NCBI RefSeq assembly: GCF_000738915.1
Contig: NW_026515637.1
Coordinates: 434,001 to 498,000 of the forward strand
Source of the DNA: Nematocida ausubeli
Taxonomy: Eukaryota
DNA: 64,000 bases
Direction: 5' to 3'
Part shown: piece by piece, positions 10,273 to 21,747 of the stretch
Numbering within the stretch: the first letter of the stretch is position 1
Layout of the letters: every line of letters starts with the position of its first letter
Notes under the pieces: generated by a model
Seen by the model: the letters and a program-made list of their open reading frames with translations, nothing else
Told to the model about the DNA's origin: nothing
Databases searched by the model: none
Position numbers and translations under genes: made by a program

Positions 10273-11589
10273 TTAATATAAAATTTGCACACCCTTTACC
10301 ACTGCTTTAGTTACTATGTATGCACTCAATATAACCAAACCTGTGACTATAATAACTCCCACTACAAGATCTATTTTAGATGGAGTGCGCTTTTGCAATT
10401 CAAGAACTTCCATTTGGGTCATGGGTCTTGGAGGAGCATTATTTGACTTTTGTTGTGTTTTAGAGTCCATTGAATCAGCTGGTAAATAACTTATATGTTC
10501 ATTTTCCTTTTCTTTCTTCATCTTCTCTTTCTTCACGACTTCTTTTTTTCCTTTTTTGGTGGGGAGAGCAGGCAGTTCTGACATAGTAAGATTTGCATAT
10601 ATCGTATGTATGTTGATTCGAATGTAATCACTATACGAAACTAATCTACCCAGAATATGTTTATTTAGCAGATCAGGAGATACAAGAAGCTTAAATTTAG
10701 CTACCTGTTCTCTAAGAGTCAAAAAGTTCTCTTTTTTCTGCGCGCTATTCAAAATGGCCTCAAATACTTGGCTAAGTGGTGGAGTAGTATTTTTGTTGTA
10801 TTTTGGGGATAAGAAAAAGAAAATATTGTATAAGAGTGGCATTGGCGTATGAGGCGGCTCTATTGTCTTTTTAATAACAGTCAAGAAGTCCATCATGGTA
10901 AATAGAGCATTCAAGTTTTTATAAGGGCCATTTACAAGCTTGTGCAGTGACAAAATGTCATTGCAGTAGTCCAATCCAAGTGCGTTTAGATTTGACATAA
11001 CTTCACCTTTTTCGTCATACTTAGATAGCTGGCCACCATGCTTCTGTAGCAACACCATTGCTCTCTCTATTATCATCTCTCTTCCAGAATGTGTTAGCTC
11101 AAACATATTCTCTGCAGTATATGTGACAGCTTGTTTATTCTGATCAAAGTGGGCCTGCATTGCCTGCTTGAGATCTGTCAGTATGTACTCATTTAGCTCA
11201 GAATGCAGTAACATAACAGCCAGATGATTTTTATTCATCATATGATAGAAGGTGTTTCTAGCATCGTTTGTTGTCATTCTGCTTGCTATCTTCTCAAGCT
11301 CCCCCATTAATCCTTTAGTTTCAATGATTGCTAAGCTCACTGCCTCTTCTACTTTTACCTCTGAGTACTTTGGCATAGCTTTAAGATTTCGCAGCACCAT
11401 GACCATAAATGTATTGTATGACAGTGTATTCAATGATTCATACTTATTGAGCACCATGGATCCTCTTGGGCAGGCAGTAAATATTGTTCTCAATAGCAAC
11501 TGCATGTTTTTTTGAACATTCACATCAGATACATATGAACCAATGTTCCGTCTTAAAAGAGTCTTCAGCTGAATTTCATTAAAATTCAT
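10273..11589 (-). CDS. Lineage-specific protein with single C-terminal TM anchor
   Basis: 438-aa ORF with a Lys/Glu-rich linker followed by LVVGVIIVTGLVILSAYIV; aaaaatttt upstream of the ATG. Confidence 0.85.
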   Translation of the reverse strand: MNFNEIQLKTLLRRNIGSYVSDVNVQKNMQLLLRTIFTACPRGSMVLNKYESLNTLSYNTFMVMVLRNLKAMPKYSEVKVEEAVSLAIIETKGLMGELEKIASRMTTNDARNTFYHMMNKNHLAVMLLHSELNEYILTDLKQAMQAHFDQNKQAVTYTAENMFELTHSGREMIIERAMVLLQKHGGQLSKYDEKGEVMSNLNALGLDYCNDILSLHKLVNGPYKNLNALFTMMDFLTVIKKTIEPPHTPMPLLYNIFFFLSPKYNKNTTPPLSQVFEAILNSAQKKENFLTLREQVAKFKLLVSPDLLNKHILGRLVSYSDYIRINIHTIYANLTMSELPALPTKKGKKEVVKKEKMKKEKENEHISYLPADSMDSKTQQKSNNAPPRPMTQMEVLELQKRTPSKIDLVVGVIIVTGLVILSAYIVTKAVVKGVQILY

Positions 11590-12236
11590 GTGATTAAAAT
11601 TTTTAACCCATATATAGTTAACGATTTATAATTTTTTAGAACTTCTAAATAAGTTTTTTCCAGATCAATTTTTCTGACATTGCAAGAATTCTATGATAGT
11701 AGAAATTCTTCTCAAAGTCTAAAGCAGCAATTAATCACATGCTGGGTGCTAGTCTTAGAGTCCAGTTTATTATACAATTAAACTCTGCGCAGTTACCCCG
11801 TGTTCTATGCTCGAATTAATTTTAACTTCTTTCTATTATTCTATGTTGCTTCATTCAAATTCTCTGGTATTGTATTATAAATTCTGATTTATTATATTGA
11901 AAATATCTTAGAAGCTGCTTAATTCTATGGTATTCGAAAGTAAGTCGTATTATGGCAATATTAGCATGCATAAAAGGGGGTAATGTTCTAGCCAGAAAAT
12001 TCTAGTATAAAATATAAAGTGTTTTTATGGAGTTCGTACTATATAGCTCTGCACATGGCTAAGTGTATTGTGACTTCTTGTCTTTGTTCTTGGTGTATTA
12101 ATATAGCACTTCTTGATTTTGTTAGTTTTTTGGGATTATTTCCTTGTCTACTAGAAATATTGTGGCTTTGAAATAAAAAGTGGGAGCTTTATTATAAATG
12201 CATATCTCAGCTAAAATAGCTGATTGCTATTCTGGG

Positions 12237-13919
12237 TCAATTTGTTTTTGTTATATTTATTAGACTCACAGTTGAAATTAGAAGCGACAAAGCCCCCAAA
12301 CCTCCTAGACTAACTGATCTAAATATACTTGTTCCTGCATTATTCGCGCTCTCCTTTGGAATCTGCTCATTTTTACTTAAAGAGTCTATTGATCTTTCCA
12401 TTGATTTTTCTAAGGCCATTGTATAGGGATTAACTGTTCGGGCTATGTATTTTATTTGTGCCTTGCTCAGAGTTTCCAGCTCTCTGTCTACTATTGCTAT
12501 TAGATCTCTTATTAAGCCAGGATAGTACGTATAATTGTCTTCTATTTCTTCCATTTCCTCTGAAGTCATCCTGTGCCCCGCAGAATATATCTCTTCTAAG
12601 AGCTCTGCAGAACTGTCTTTTAGCATTTTCAAGCATTGCTCTGTGATTTCTTGTAGTCTGCGTATGTGGTTAGAGTTATCCAGGGCTCTTTTTGGCAAGT
12701 CGCTTGCATAGATAGTTTTAAGGATTGATTCTAAATTATATAAGTAGTTGTATAATCCAGTGGTTATCTTTTCGTTATACCTGGCATACTCACATTTAAA
12801 TGTGCTATTATTTTTTTCCTTCATTATTACTTCATTCACTGAATAGTGCAGAAGGGAATGAATAGCATCAATAATACTAACTAAAACAGTATTCCCGTTG
12901 AAAATTGCTTTTTTATGCCGATGCAGGGCTCTAATCAGACTTAAATCAACTTGTTTATGAATATCAAATATATGCTTCTTCACTGCTGGTTCATTTGAGC
13001 TATTCAACAAGGCAGTTGCCATTTTGTTTAAATGGTCGGGATTATTTGCAGCATAGTTCACACAATACTCAGCCAATGCCGTTGAATTGGTTTCTAGGTC
13101 ATACATATTATCCTCTGTAAACTCATAGCCTGGTGAGTTATATATTCGCTCCCAATACTCTGGGAACAGGCTATCTATGTCATCATCGCTGGTATGCCGA
13201 TTTATACCGTTTTTCAGGCTTGGCTTACTATTGAATAATTTATCGGCTGCTATGATTATATTCAGATCTGCGGATAAAGTATTCTTTTCGCGGAGTAATT
13301 CTGTGTTTACTGCTAGCTCTGTGTAGATTGCGTGCATCCTAAGAAAGTCAGGCATTAGTGTATCTGTGATACTAGAAAAATATGGATAAATAGTGTTTAT
13401 CTTTTGTAAAAGTAGATTCTTCAAGGTAGGCATGCTTTCTTTTGTATGAACATCTTCAATAAAGAGCTCGGTCATGTGCACCTTTATGTATTCTTCCTCC
13501 TCTTTTGTTATACTATGGGCTGTTAATATATTATATAATTGGGCTAGGATAGAGTTTGATCTAAGTGATTTCAGTGCTAAATCGTATGCTATAATGCTTA
13601 GATATTCCTTTGTCTCATGTGGAATTTTATTTGAGAAATATATTGAATTTCTCAGCCGCTCTGCTGCAATAAAATGCTTTTCCATGGAAGCATTCAAGGT
13701 CATTATATTTTTGCAGTCAAATTCGTCTACTTTAATCTTGTTTAGTACTTCATCAACTCTAAAGCTTAATTTAAGTTCTGTGCCAGCAGGCTGTTCATTA
13801 GGTAATTCAGAAAGATTTAATAGTATGTGCGGATCACTTCGTTTGCTAGTAGAACTATCTAAGTTTTGATTCCCTTCAGTCAGGTTTCTTTCTTCAATGC
13901 TTCTTAATGATATAGTCAT
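12237..13919 (-). CDS. Lineage-specific helical protein with C-terminal hydrophobic anchor
   Basis: 560-aa ORF with C-terminal VSLGGLGALSLLISTVSLI; cccc motif about 10 bp upstream of the ATG. Confidence 0.85.
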   Translation of the reverse strand: MTISLRSIEERNLTEGNQNLDSSTSKRSDPHILLNLSELPNEQPAGTELKLSFRVDEVLNKIKVDEFDCKNIMTLNASMEKHFIAAERLRNSIYFSNKIPHETKEYLSIIAYDLALKSLRSNSILAQLYNILTAHSITKEEEEYIKVHMTELFIEDVHTKESMPTLKNLLLQKINTIYPYFSSITDTLMPDFLRMHAIYTELAVNTELLREKNTLSADLNIIIAADKLFNSKPSLKNGINRHTSDDDIDSLFPEYWERIYNSPGYEFTEDNMYDLETNSTALAEYCVNYAANNPDHLNKMATALLNSSNEPAVKKHIFDIHKQVDLSLIRALHRHKKAIFNGNTVLVSIIDAIHSLLHYSVNEVIMKEKNNSTFKCEYARYNEKITTGLYNYLYNLESILKTIYASDLPKRALDNSNHIRRLQEITEQCLKMLKDSSAELLEEIYSAGHRMTSEEMEEIEDNYTYYPGLIRDLIAIVDRELETLSKAQIKYIARTVNPYTMALEKSMERSIDSLSKNEQIPKESANNAGTSIFRSVSLGGLGALSLLISTVSLINITKTN

Positions 13920-14387
13920 TTTCTATAGGGGTAAAAAAATCTTTTATAAAATGCAAGGCTACTAGCCATAAATAGATTTTAATTTTCATAAACTGTAAAA
14001 ATATGAGCTGCGTATATAAAATAAGTTTCTTTCTTCTGCATAAATATTCATCAGGATTTGGTGTGGAAACAAGATAATTGTCAAAATCGCATATGCAAGA
14101 ACAACTATCTATAACAGAGATAATATGAAAGGGGGATTTTTTCATGAATGACTACTTATTCATACTATTTCTGAATATTTTATTGAAAATTCATTGTCTA
14201 TGCGGCAATGCTTTAATTTATATTTCATTCTTATGCAGCTAACGGGTAGAATTTGGGTTGTCCTGGGATAATTCTAATTCACACTAAGCTTCTGAATATT
14301 AAACGTAAATTGCGGAGTAAACAAGATGTGTTTTCTTATGTCGCAGAAAGAACGACAAAAAGAATAATTTACCGCATCTGGCTGGGT

Positions 14388-15926
14388 TTACTGTTTCCCA
14401 GAGACGATTGTGGCATCAATTGAAAGGATGCTTGCTGCTGCCATAAGTGCAGCTACTCCCATGTGCCTTTTAACTTCGTACGGCTCTACAACATATGCAG
14501 ATAAAGAGTCTTCTACTCCTCCCTCAGATACACCATAATTAATCAGACCCTCTTCATGCGCCTTCCTTAGGACCTGCACTGTGTTTATAGCATCGTGCCC
14601 AAAGTTCTTTGCTAGTTGGAAGGGAATCACTTCAAATGCCTCTGAAACTGCCTTTATAACGAATCTTTCTGTCTTATTGGAGTCACTGGCCATCTGCCTT
14701 AGCCTTCTGCTTACCTCCATCTCGTATGCGCCTCCTCCTGGGACGATTTCCTTAGTTAGGGCGGTTCTTCTGGTGACAGCCATTGAGTCATTCAGACTTC
14801 TCTCTACCTCTGCTAATATTTCCATGCCTGGCCCCCGCAGAATGATTGTGCTGCTGTTCTTATTGCTGTTATGGAATATATTGTATCGGGTGCGTCCAAT
14901 TTCCTTCTCTTCAAACAATACAGCCTTTCCCAAAGTCTTCTCACTTATTAAGGAGACTGTGCTGAGAACACGCCCTCCAAAGGAGTTTGTCATTCGGGCT
15001 ATTTCATCCTCTGGCACTCTTCCAGCTGAAAATATTCCATACTTTGCGAAGTACTGCGTTGCATAATCGCCAATTGACAGCGTACTTAGAACTACATTTG
15101 CGCCAGATTCAATTATCTTGTCCAATCTGTCTGTGATTAATTTCCACTCAGTTGAAACCACCTTGGAATACTCTGAGGCCCCAGATATACGCATCTCGCT
15201 ATTCTCTATTTCACTTTTCCATTCCAACTCCATCTTCAGCAGAGCAATCTTTGGGTTCGCAATCCTCTTTGGCTGCTGTTCATACCCTGCGTATGTGAAG
15301 CACTTCTCAAAGGCCACTCCATTTATGATAAAACTGCTGTCAATTGAGGCCCCGCTTACTTTCTTTATCGAAATGTTTTTGTCTTCTGTTGACAAAGTCT
15401 CCAGCACTATCTTACTAAAGTGCCTCTTGTGGTTGTTCAGTATCTTTGAGTTTAAGCTTGTCTCTGCCAGCATCTGCAGGGAGTCATGGCTGAAGTTGGC
15501 AAGCAAATCCTTTGAGATTGACGGGATCAGCTGGGCTATCCGGGTTAGCTCATTTATTATCAAGCATATATTCGTGTTCTCCTTGATCAGTGGCTTAAGC
15601 TTCTTAAGAATTGCTGAGGCAAATAAGACCACACTTGTAGTGCCATCTCCTATGTCTCTATCCTGCGCCTCGGATATATTCAGCAATACCTGTGCTGCTG
15701 GGTCCACTATCTCTAGACTCTTCATTATTGTGGCACCATCATTTGTTATTAGCATGCTTTTCTCATTAAAGAACATCTTATCTAGCCCGTTTGGTCCTAG
15801 GGTTGTCTTAAGAATGTCTGCTATTTTCTCACACATCTCTATATTCCTTATTATCTGGTTTTTGCCAAACCTGGTGTCGGTTTCTTCCTTAAGGATGAGA
15901 ACTGGAGTATTATGCGCGTACGACAT
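14388..15926 (-). CDS. CCT7: T-complex protein 1 subunit eta
   Basis: Chaperonin motifs TLGPNGLDKM, ITNDGATI, GDGTTSVV and PGGGAYE; eta-type FEKCFTYAGYEQQPK and IGDYATQYFA. Confidence 0.93.
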   Translation of the reverse strand: MSYAHNTPVLILKEETDTRFGKNQIIRNIEMCEKIADILKTTLGPNGLDKMFFNEKSMLITNDGATIMKSLEIVDPAAQVLLNISEAQDRDIGDGTTSVVLFASAILKKLKPLIKENTNICLIINELTRIAQLIPSISKDLLANFSHDSLQMLAETSLNSKILNNHKRHFSKIVLETLSTEDKNISIKKVSGASIDSSFIINGVAFEKCFTYAGYEQQPKRIANPKIALLKMELEWKSEIENSEMRISGASEYSKVVSTEWKLITDRLDKIIESGANVVLSTLSIGDYATQYFAKYGIFSAGRVPEDEIARMTNSFGGRVLSTVSLISEKTLGKAVLFEEKEIGRTRYNIFHNSNKNSSTIILRGPGMEILAEVERSLNDSMAVTRRTALTKEIVPGGGAYEMEVSRRLRQMASDSNKTERFVIKAVSEAFEVIPFQLAKNFGHDAINTVQVLRKAHEEGLINYGVSEGGVEDSLSAYVVEPYEVKRHMGVAALMAAASILSIDATIVSGKQ

Positions 15927-16487
15927 GAATTTTTTTAAAAAATAAATGGAATATTTATAGTTTACAAATTGTACTTTAGGGATATTATCGGGTTATAACG
16001 GATTGTAGACATGTATTTATACCATTACCAGCGCTCCTTGGCTTATTACCCCATATAGCCCAAAAATAGTTTGAGTGTTCAGGTTATATTATCCCTAAAC
16101 AGATATATTATGAGTTATTTCATTTTGAAATTCTGGTATTTCTGTAGACTTAAGCTATTTTCGGGTTAAGGTAGAATAATCTGAATCTTCTCATACTTCT
16201 CATGCTTCTCATTCTATCCAGTAAGAGTGCATATATTTTATTCTTGGCATGTAAACTGAACTAAGCATAATCCAAAGATGCACAGTATAAAGTATGCTAA
16301 GACTTAAATATATTCCAAGTTATTAAAAGTACTTAAATTCTGTTTATTTTCAGTTAGGCTCCCTTAAATACTCTGCGTATACTACTCTTCTTATTATTTA
16401 ATTTTCCCTCTCTATTGACAAATCTGATAAACCCAATTTAAGGCAATGCATAGACTCATATTACCTGAAAGGCCTTTATAAACCCCT

Positions 16488-16874
16488 CTACATAACATCT
16501 TCATCATTATCATCTGTCTCTTGGTCATCGTCATCATAATAGTTCTCCATGTAATCGTTGTCCATTTCATCATTCTCAGATGGCTCTTTGTTCTCACTCT
16601 CTTCACTTTCTTCTACCTCACTGTCTATGTTTGTTGTAAATATGTGCTCCTCTGAGGCACCTGCTGTTTTGTACTTTATCCCATGGCCAAATCCACTCTC
16701 CACTAATTCATTTGGGTATTCCTGCGATCTGCTGTATATGGCTCCTATAATATTAATGGTTCCATCTGTATCCTTTTTGTACTTATCTGAATACCTGGGC
16801 ACGCCTTCTGTTCTTTTTTTCTCAATCCCAAATGACTTGTACTTCTGAAGAAGATTTTCAATTGTCTTTTTCAT
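16488..16874 (-). CDS. RPC31: RNA polymerase III subunit C31-like
   Basis: RYSDKY and YPNEL motifs plus an acidic tail with DNDYMENYYDDD, resembling C31/POLR3G; cccc upstream of the ATG. Confidence 0.65.
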   Translation of the reverse strand: MKKTIENLLQKYKSFGIEKKRTEGVPRYSDKYKKDTDGTINIIGAIYSRSQEYPNELVESGFGHGIKYKTAGASEEHIFTTNIDSEVEESEESENKEPSENDEMDNDYMENYYDDDDQETDDNDEDVM

Positions 16875-16936
16875 TTCAGCGAGGGGTCTTTTTTTCTAAT
16901 GTTATGCACTTTTTATTTGTCTTTTATTTGCACTGT

Positions 16937-17572
16937 ATGAAGAGCGACTTAATGGTTATTGTGGATAATTCCATGTACAGCATAAACAAAGACTACACCG
17001 TGGAGAGACTGCAGATGCAAATAGATGCAATTAAGACCATAACTGAGCAAAGGCTGAACGAGTCAAGCGAATCAACAGTTGGTGTCATGACACTGGGAAG
17101 GAGTGCTACAATTAAAATAGTGTCACCCACCACAAACAAAAATGCAATATACTCCTACCTGCACTCAATTAACAGAGATGAGGATATTCATGGCGGGAAT
17201 GCAATTCTTATCTCCAGGATGGCCTTAAAGTATAGGACAAACACAAGGCAAAGTGTTCTTCTGTTTATGGGAAGCCCCTTGGATGATGATAATCTTATGC
17301 TGACAATTGAGTCAATTGAAGAGACCTTGAATAACAATGTGTCTGTGGGGGTTGTTTTATTTGGGGAGGCCTTAGATCACTACGCAGTCCTCAAAGGCAC
17401 CATAGAAGAGTCAAGTGATTTTGCATGTATTCCAGTGGAGCCAAGCCAGTCATTCATGGAGGGCGTGTCAGCTGCCCTTAGGGAGACAATTGAGGAGATA
17501 GATCCAGAGCTAGAGCTGGCCATTCGCAGATCCTTAGAGGATGCAGCAACCCCATCCAGTGCACATGAATAA
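16937..17572 (+). CDS. RPN10: 26S proteasome ubiquitin receptor (vWA + one UIM)
   Basis: MVIVDNSMYSINKDY..ERLQMQ, ESTVGVMT and FMGSP; C-terminal UIM DPELELAIRRSLE. Start moved to ATG 16937. Confidence 0.92.
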   Translation: MKSDLMVIVDNSMYSINKDYTVERLQMQIDAIKTITEQRLNESSESTVGVMTLGRSATIKIVSPTTNKNAIYSYLHSINRDEDIHGGNAILISRMALKYRTNTRQSVLLFMGSPLDDDNLMLTIESIEETLNNNVSVGVVLFGEALDHYAVLKGTIEESSDFACIPVEPSQSFMEGVSAALRETIEEIDPELELAIRRSLEDAATPSSAHE

Positions 17573-18051
17573 TAAACTCACTCTTTACTGTTTACTATAA
17601 GACGCATTTACTTTACGTTAGAACATCCGTATACAACTAAATGAAGCAAGACTGCGAGTGCATTGTTTATATGCAAGAAATAAATAATCAGGCAGAACAA
17701 GCACACTAAACCCCAGGTACACCATACTGTGACAACTCAGGAACAAAAACATGACTAAAGGAGAATCTGCAAAGTACCACAGATCCAATTAAGAAATTAC
17801 TAATCCCAGGGCACTCTTGATAAGAATCTGCAGGCAAGTAAATACATCCCCACCCGCATACATATCTCAAGCAAAGGGCGTGCACTAAAACAATACATAT
17901 CCTGTGGATTATGGACTTTTGTCTGTTCCAATTTCGTGCGCAGTAAAAGTGCTCTGGATATTCAAAACAGAAGCACTTGGCAGTGCGTAAGTGAACAGTC
18001 ATGGGCTGACATGAATCTATGCAGGATCTTGTTAAAATAGTATTTTATTGA

Positions 18052-18474
18052 TTATCTTGAAGACTTTTCCTTCTTTCCTAGGTAGATTGCGAGTAAAGAC
18101 ACATCTCCAATCTTGCTGACTTTGAAGGAGATTCCCGGAATATCTCCCTTGGATCTTCCCTTGTTACCGAATCCCTCTACTGTCACGGTATCGTTGATCT
18201 CTATGCTGTTAAGCATACCGTCCTTTGGGACATATGCAGTGATCTTCTTTCCGTTCTTGATGAGCTGGATACGGACGGCCTTTCTTACGGCAGAGTTAGG
18301 CTGCTTTGCTCCAAGACCAATCTTCTCCAAGACAATTCCCTTTGCCTGAGGTGCCCCACCGATTGGGTCACTCAGAATGTTTGTTCCGAATAATCTTGCT
18401 TTGTACTTGCTGTCTGCCTTTCTGTTCAAGTGGCCTCTCTTCTTAAGTAATCCTCCACAGTATAATCCTCGCAT
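18052..18474 (-). CDS. RPS23: 40S ribosomal protein S23 (uS12)
   Basis: [31 protein letters not shown] and GDIPG; cccATG start context. Confidence 0.97.
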   Translation of the reverse strand: MRGLYCGGLLKKRGHLNRKADSKYKARLFGTNILSDPIGGAPQAKGIVLEKIGLGAKQPNSAVRKAVRIQLIKNGKKITAYVPKDGMLNSIEINDTVTVEGFGNKGRSKGDIPGISFKVSKIGDVSLLAIYLGKKEKSSR

Positions 18475-18519
18475 GGGATGGAAAAAAAGAAAATTAATAA
18501 AATTTTAGCAACTGCGGGT

Positions 18520-19359
18520 TTAATTCTTTTTATATGCTATAGCTCTATACAGCTCAATTATTGGGAGTTCTTCCTGTGTTAGAACTCGTTTTACCATTCT
18601 TGAATACATCTCCTTATCTGCGAACATTTCTGTATTAATAAATGACAAAAAGTCGGTGTCAAATATCTTCACCATGCCTTTACTCTTGAAGAATTCAGTT
18701 AAATACTCCATGTTAGTAAGATATTCCTCACATCCTGTCAGAGCCTCCTGCAGGTAGAACTTGTAGCCCCTTCCGAATGATTTTTCTGTGTAGAAAGAAG
18801 GACTTGGAACAACCTTGTAGAGCCTATTTCCGAATGACCCATCCACTGCATTGCGCTCTGACCTGCGCAGAATTACATTTGTGTCTGGGATGGTTAGTAT
18901 GAATACGCCTCCTTCTTTCAGATTATTGAAGACATTCATTGCTGCCTTTTTCATTGATATCTCTGATGAGAATGCATAATGAAAACTGAATTGGGACATC
19001 ACCAGGTCTGCCTTCTCTTCTATTGTGATTTTATCACTTGCAAAGTTGGCATTTAAAAAATGCGTTTTAAATTTCAGACCAATTGACCTGCTGAGTGCCT
19101 CCTTTAATGAGTCCTGTGCAATGTCGCACCCATAATATGTTCTGACTGGGCAGTGCTTTAGCTTGGATAAATCACCTCCTTTTCCACAGCCCAGATCTAG
19201 CACAACACTGTTTTGCTGGATAAATTTCTGTATTAGCCTCTGCTTCAAGAAATTATTCACCTCACGGACCCCAATAATCTGAGAAACCTCTCTATTGCAC
19301 AGAGAAATGCTCTTTATCTTGTTATAATGATCCGCCACACTGTTATTAGACTTATCCAT
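18520..19359 (-). CDS. ABD1: mRNA cap guanine-N7 methyltransferase
   Basis: VADHYN, NNFLK, VLDLGCGKGGDL, QFSFHYAF and FGNRLY motifs. First ATG is at 19359 (the track start is TTG). Confidence 0.93.
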   Translation of the reverse strand: MDKSNNSVADHYNKIKSISLCNREVSQIIGVREVNNFLKQRLIQKFIQQNSVVLDLGCGKGGDLSKLKHCPVRTYYGCDIAQDSLKEALSRSIGLKFKTHFLNANFASDKITIEEKADLVMSQFSFHYAFSSEISMKKAAMNVFNNLKEGGVFILTIPDTNVILRRSERNAVDGSFGNRLYKVVPSPSFYTEKSFGRGYKFYLQEALTGCEEYLTNMEYLTEFFKSKGMVKIFDTDFLSFINTEMFADKEMYSRMVKRVLTQEELPIIELYRAIAYKKN

Positions 19360-19373
19360 TTGCAAATATTTTT

Positions 19374-19700
19374 ATGGAAAGAATATATAGAACTGCCAAT
19401 AGTAAGCACACAAATGAAAGAATAAAGGAAATAGTTCCGGAGCTAAGAAAGTATGCAGCCCAGAGAGTAGGAGGGAGCGAAACAATTCGGTGCTTAAGAG
19501 ACTCTCTGAAGGAGGTTGGTCTAAAGGAAAAAAAACGAAACACTCCATACAGACACCAAAAAGTAGAACGAGTTCGGGAGAAGACAAGTGAAATAAATAT
19601 GAGAGAGAGTCTTCGTGAACAAGGCATACACATAAAGAAGAAGAGGGAAACCAAGCAGGAAAAGATAAATGCCATGAAAAAGAAGAGAAAGTTTGGTTAG
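19374..19700 (+). CDS. Small basic protein, possibly Faf1/DUF4602 (C1orf131)-like 40S biogenesis factor
   Basis: 108 aa, Lys/Arg-rich, ends KKKRKFG. The spacing of ELRKYA...LKEVGLK...PYR...REQGI recalls DUF4602 from memory only. Confidence 0.55.
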   Translation: MERIYRTANSKHTNERIKEIVPELRKYAAQRVGGSETIRCLRDSLKEVGLKEKKRNTPYRHQKVERVREKTSEINMRESLREQGIHIKKKRETKQEKINAMKKKRKFG

Positions 19701-21747
19701 TCTTCACTCTGCACTACTTGCAGTGCAATAAGCATCATGCACATCACCTCAGTATGCAGATGTCACCCTGTTAAAGTATTTTTATATAAATAAATAGATC
19801 TATTAGAAGTGCTTGGGCAGACTATCCTATAATTTCTATTATTTCCCATCCGGATACTGTTTGAGGCAGATTACAGGAATATTTTCCTATTTCATGGAGT
19901 GCGTATATGTACCACTTCTTGGATGCTCATGTATTTTCATGCTTTATTTGAAGACTGCATGAAAGCGATTTTGGAAATATTCTGATCATTGCGTGTGAAC
20001 ACTAATTATAGTATTCCTACAGCAATAGATACTGCGAGTTTAAGCTACATACTAGAATATACTGCAGTGTTCAACAAGAAAATGCAATAATCATCGCATC
20101 CAAATTGACACATGCAGTTTGCAAATAAATGGCAGGAATAAGCATGAATATATTCAAGGAAAGTGCCATATGCCAAGAATATCTTAAGTTATAAATAATT
20201 ATGCAAAGATACTTATATAGGGGTTTGGCATATACTAGATACAATTATGTATGAAAATAAGCTTTGTGTTTGTGATACATTTACTATGTAACTGTTTGGT
20301 CTGCTTGCTGTCTAATTTCTTGGCTGTAATCAGGGCCTGTTGTAATATGATTCTAACTTAAAGCACTTTTGCATATTTTACTCCTACTTAGGAATTATAC
20401 ATGGTGATATTTTGTCTTGGAATATATTCTCTTTTATATCTGGTGGGCTCTGAAAAATAAAAGTCTGCATTGCATGGAGTACATTTGTAGAGTATTTATA
20501 TTTTTGGGTAAAATAAATAAAAACAGAAGAGAGAACGTGCATATACACTAAAAACAACAGAAAAACAAAAGAAGATTATTTATGGATGAAGCACTTAAAA
20601 TATCTGGTTATAATTAGCACAAAATGTATAAGAAACAGATACATGTATTCTACCTCTTAGAAGATATTATTAAGTAATGCAAAAGGAACAGGAATATATA
20701 ATAGGAATGCAAATATAAGAGATATATGCATATTCTAGGAAATGCAGAGTTACATACGCTCTGGCCTTAAAAGACTAAAGTATTAGGAGATTGCCATATA
20801 TATGTGACTGAGGCAATCTGACAGTATAAATAAAGAATTAGAACATCTTAGCATATGTTAGCGAATATGTGCTTAAATACAGCTAAAGTGAATATTAGAA
20901 GTATTTACAAAAACATAGGCTTGCACAGGAATGAATTTTAAAGATATTTTGGTTGTTAAGTATTCTACTACATAAATTAGAAGTGCTGTTAATACCAGCG
21001 CATAAAGCACTTGTCTTAGGCGTCTTATTATGAGAAAAAGCACAAAGCATCTTTTGGGCAGAAAATTCTTTCTTTTTTCGTGCAGATGCAATATGCCCAT
21101 AAAGCTTATAAAGACGCAGGCACAGAGAATGCATTAAATGAATAAATATCTAGCACTTAATGTAGGTACAATTAAAGCCACAACAATTGTATCAGAGCCA
21201 CAGAATAGCCTTAATGGTTGTTAGATCACATATAACATAAATATATAATATATCTATAGGCACGTATGCTGTAGAAATTATGCAGCCAGAAGAAATAATT
21301 TATCTATGCACTTAAATGCATTATACTCATTGTATACGCATTAAAGCATCTGCCAGGCTGCATACATATGAAATATTGCAGGATTTTGAAAAAGAAGTGC
21401 AGGTGCCCTTAGAGTGGGTTTTTGCAAGAAGATTTGTTAGGTCTATTTTAGCACGGGTTGAAAACCTTTTGTTATAGAGCACTAAGTAGCTATATAAGAG
21501 AAGCAGCAGATTAGTTATGGAATAGATAAAGTATAGGATTTTCGGGATATGGTAAGGCAGTCTTAGCTCTATAAGGATGTGTGTGCAGGAAAAAGAGGGA
21601 ATATACAGCATACCATTGGTTACTAGCACAATAGCCAGGTCTTATCCTATTCCAGTGTATATTACACGATGAAACAAAATCTTAAATTGCAGTCCAATTG
21701 TTTTCTGTAACTATTTAGGAGCACTCTTTTTTTCTTTTCACAAACAA

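Noticed and set aside
11985..12030. Short match to block A (gaaaattctagta..aaata.aaagtgttttta)
   Set aside because: Only about 40 AT-rich bp; possibly an old fragment but too short to call by eye.
15118..15945. Long antisense ORFs here and at 53528-54523, 38052-38810, 50040-50714 and 62537-63454
   Set aside because: Shadow frames opposite clearly conserved genes; Ser/Phe/Ile-rich with no motifs.
19700..21747. 2-kb AT-rich gap with short ORFs (20873-21629)
   Set aside because: No convincing start context, motif, repeat or RNA structure was seen.
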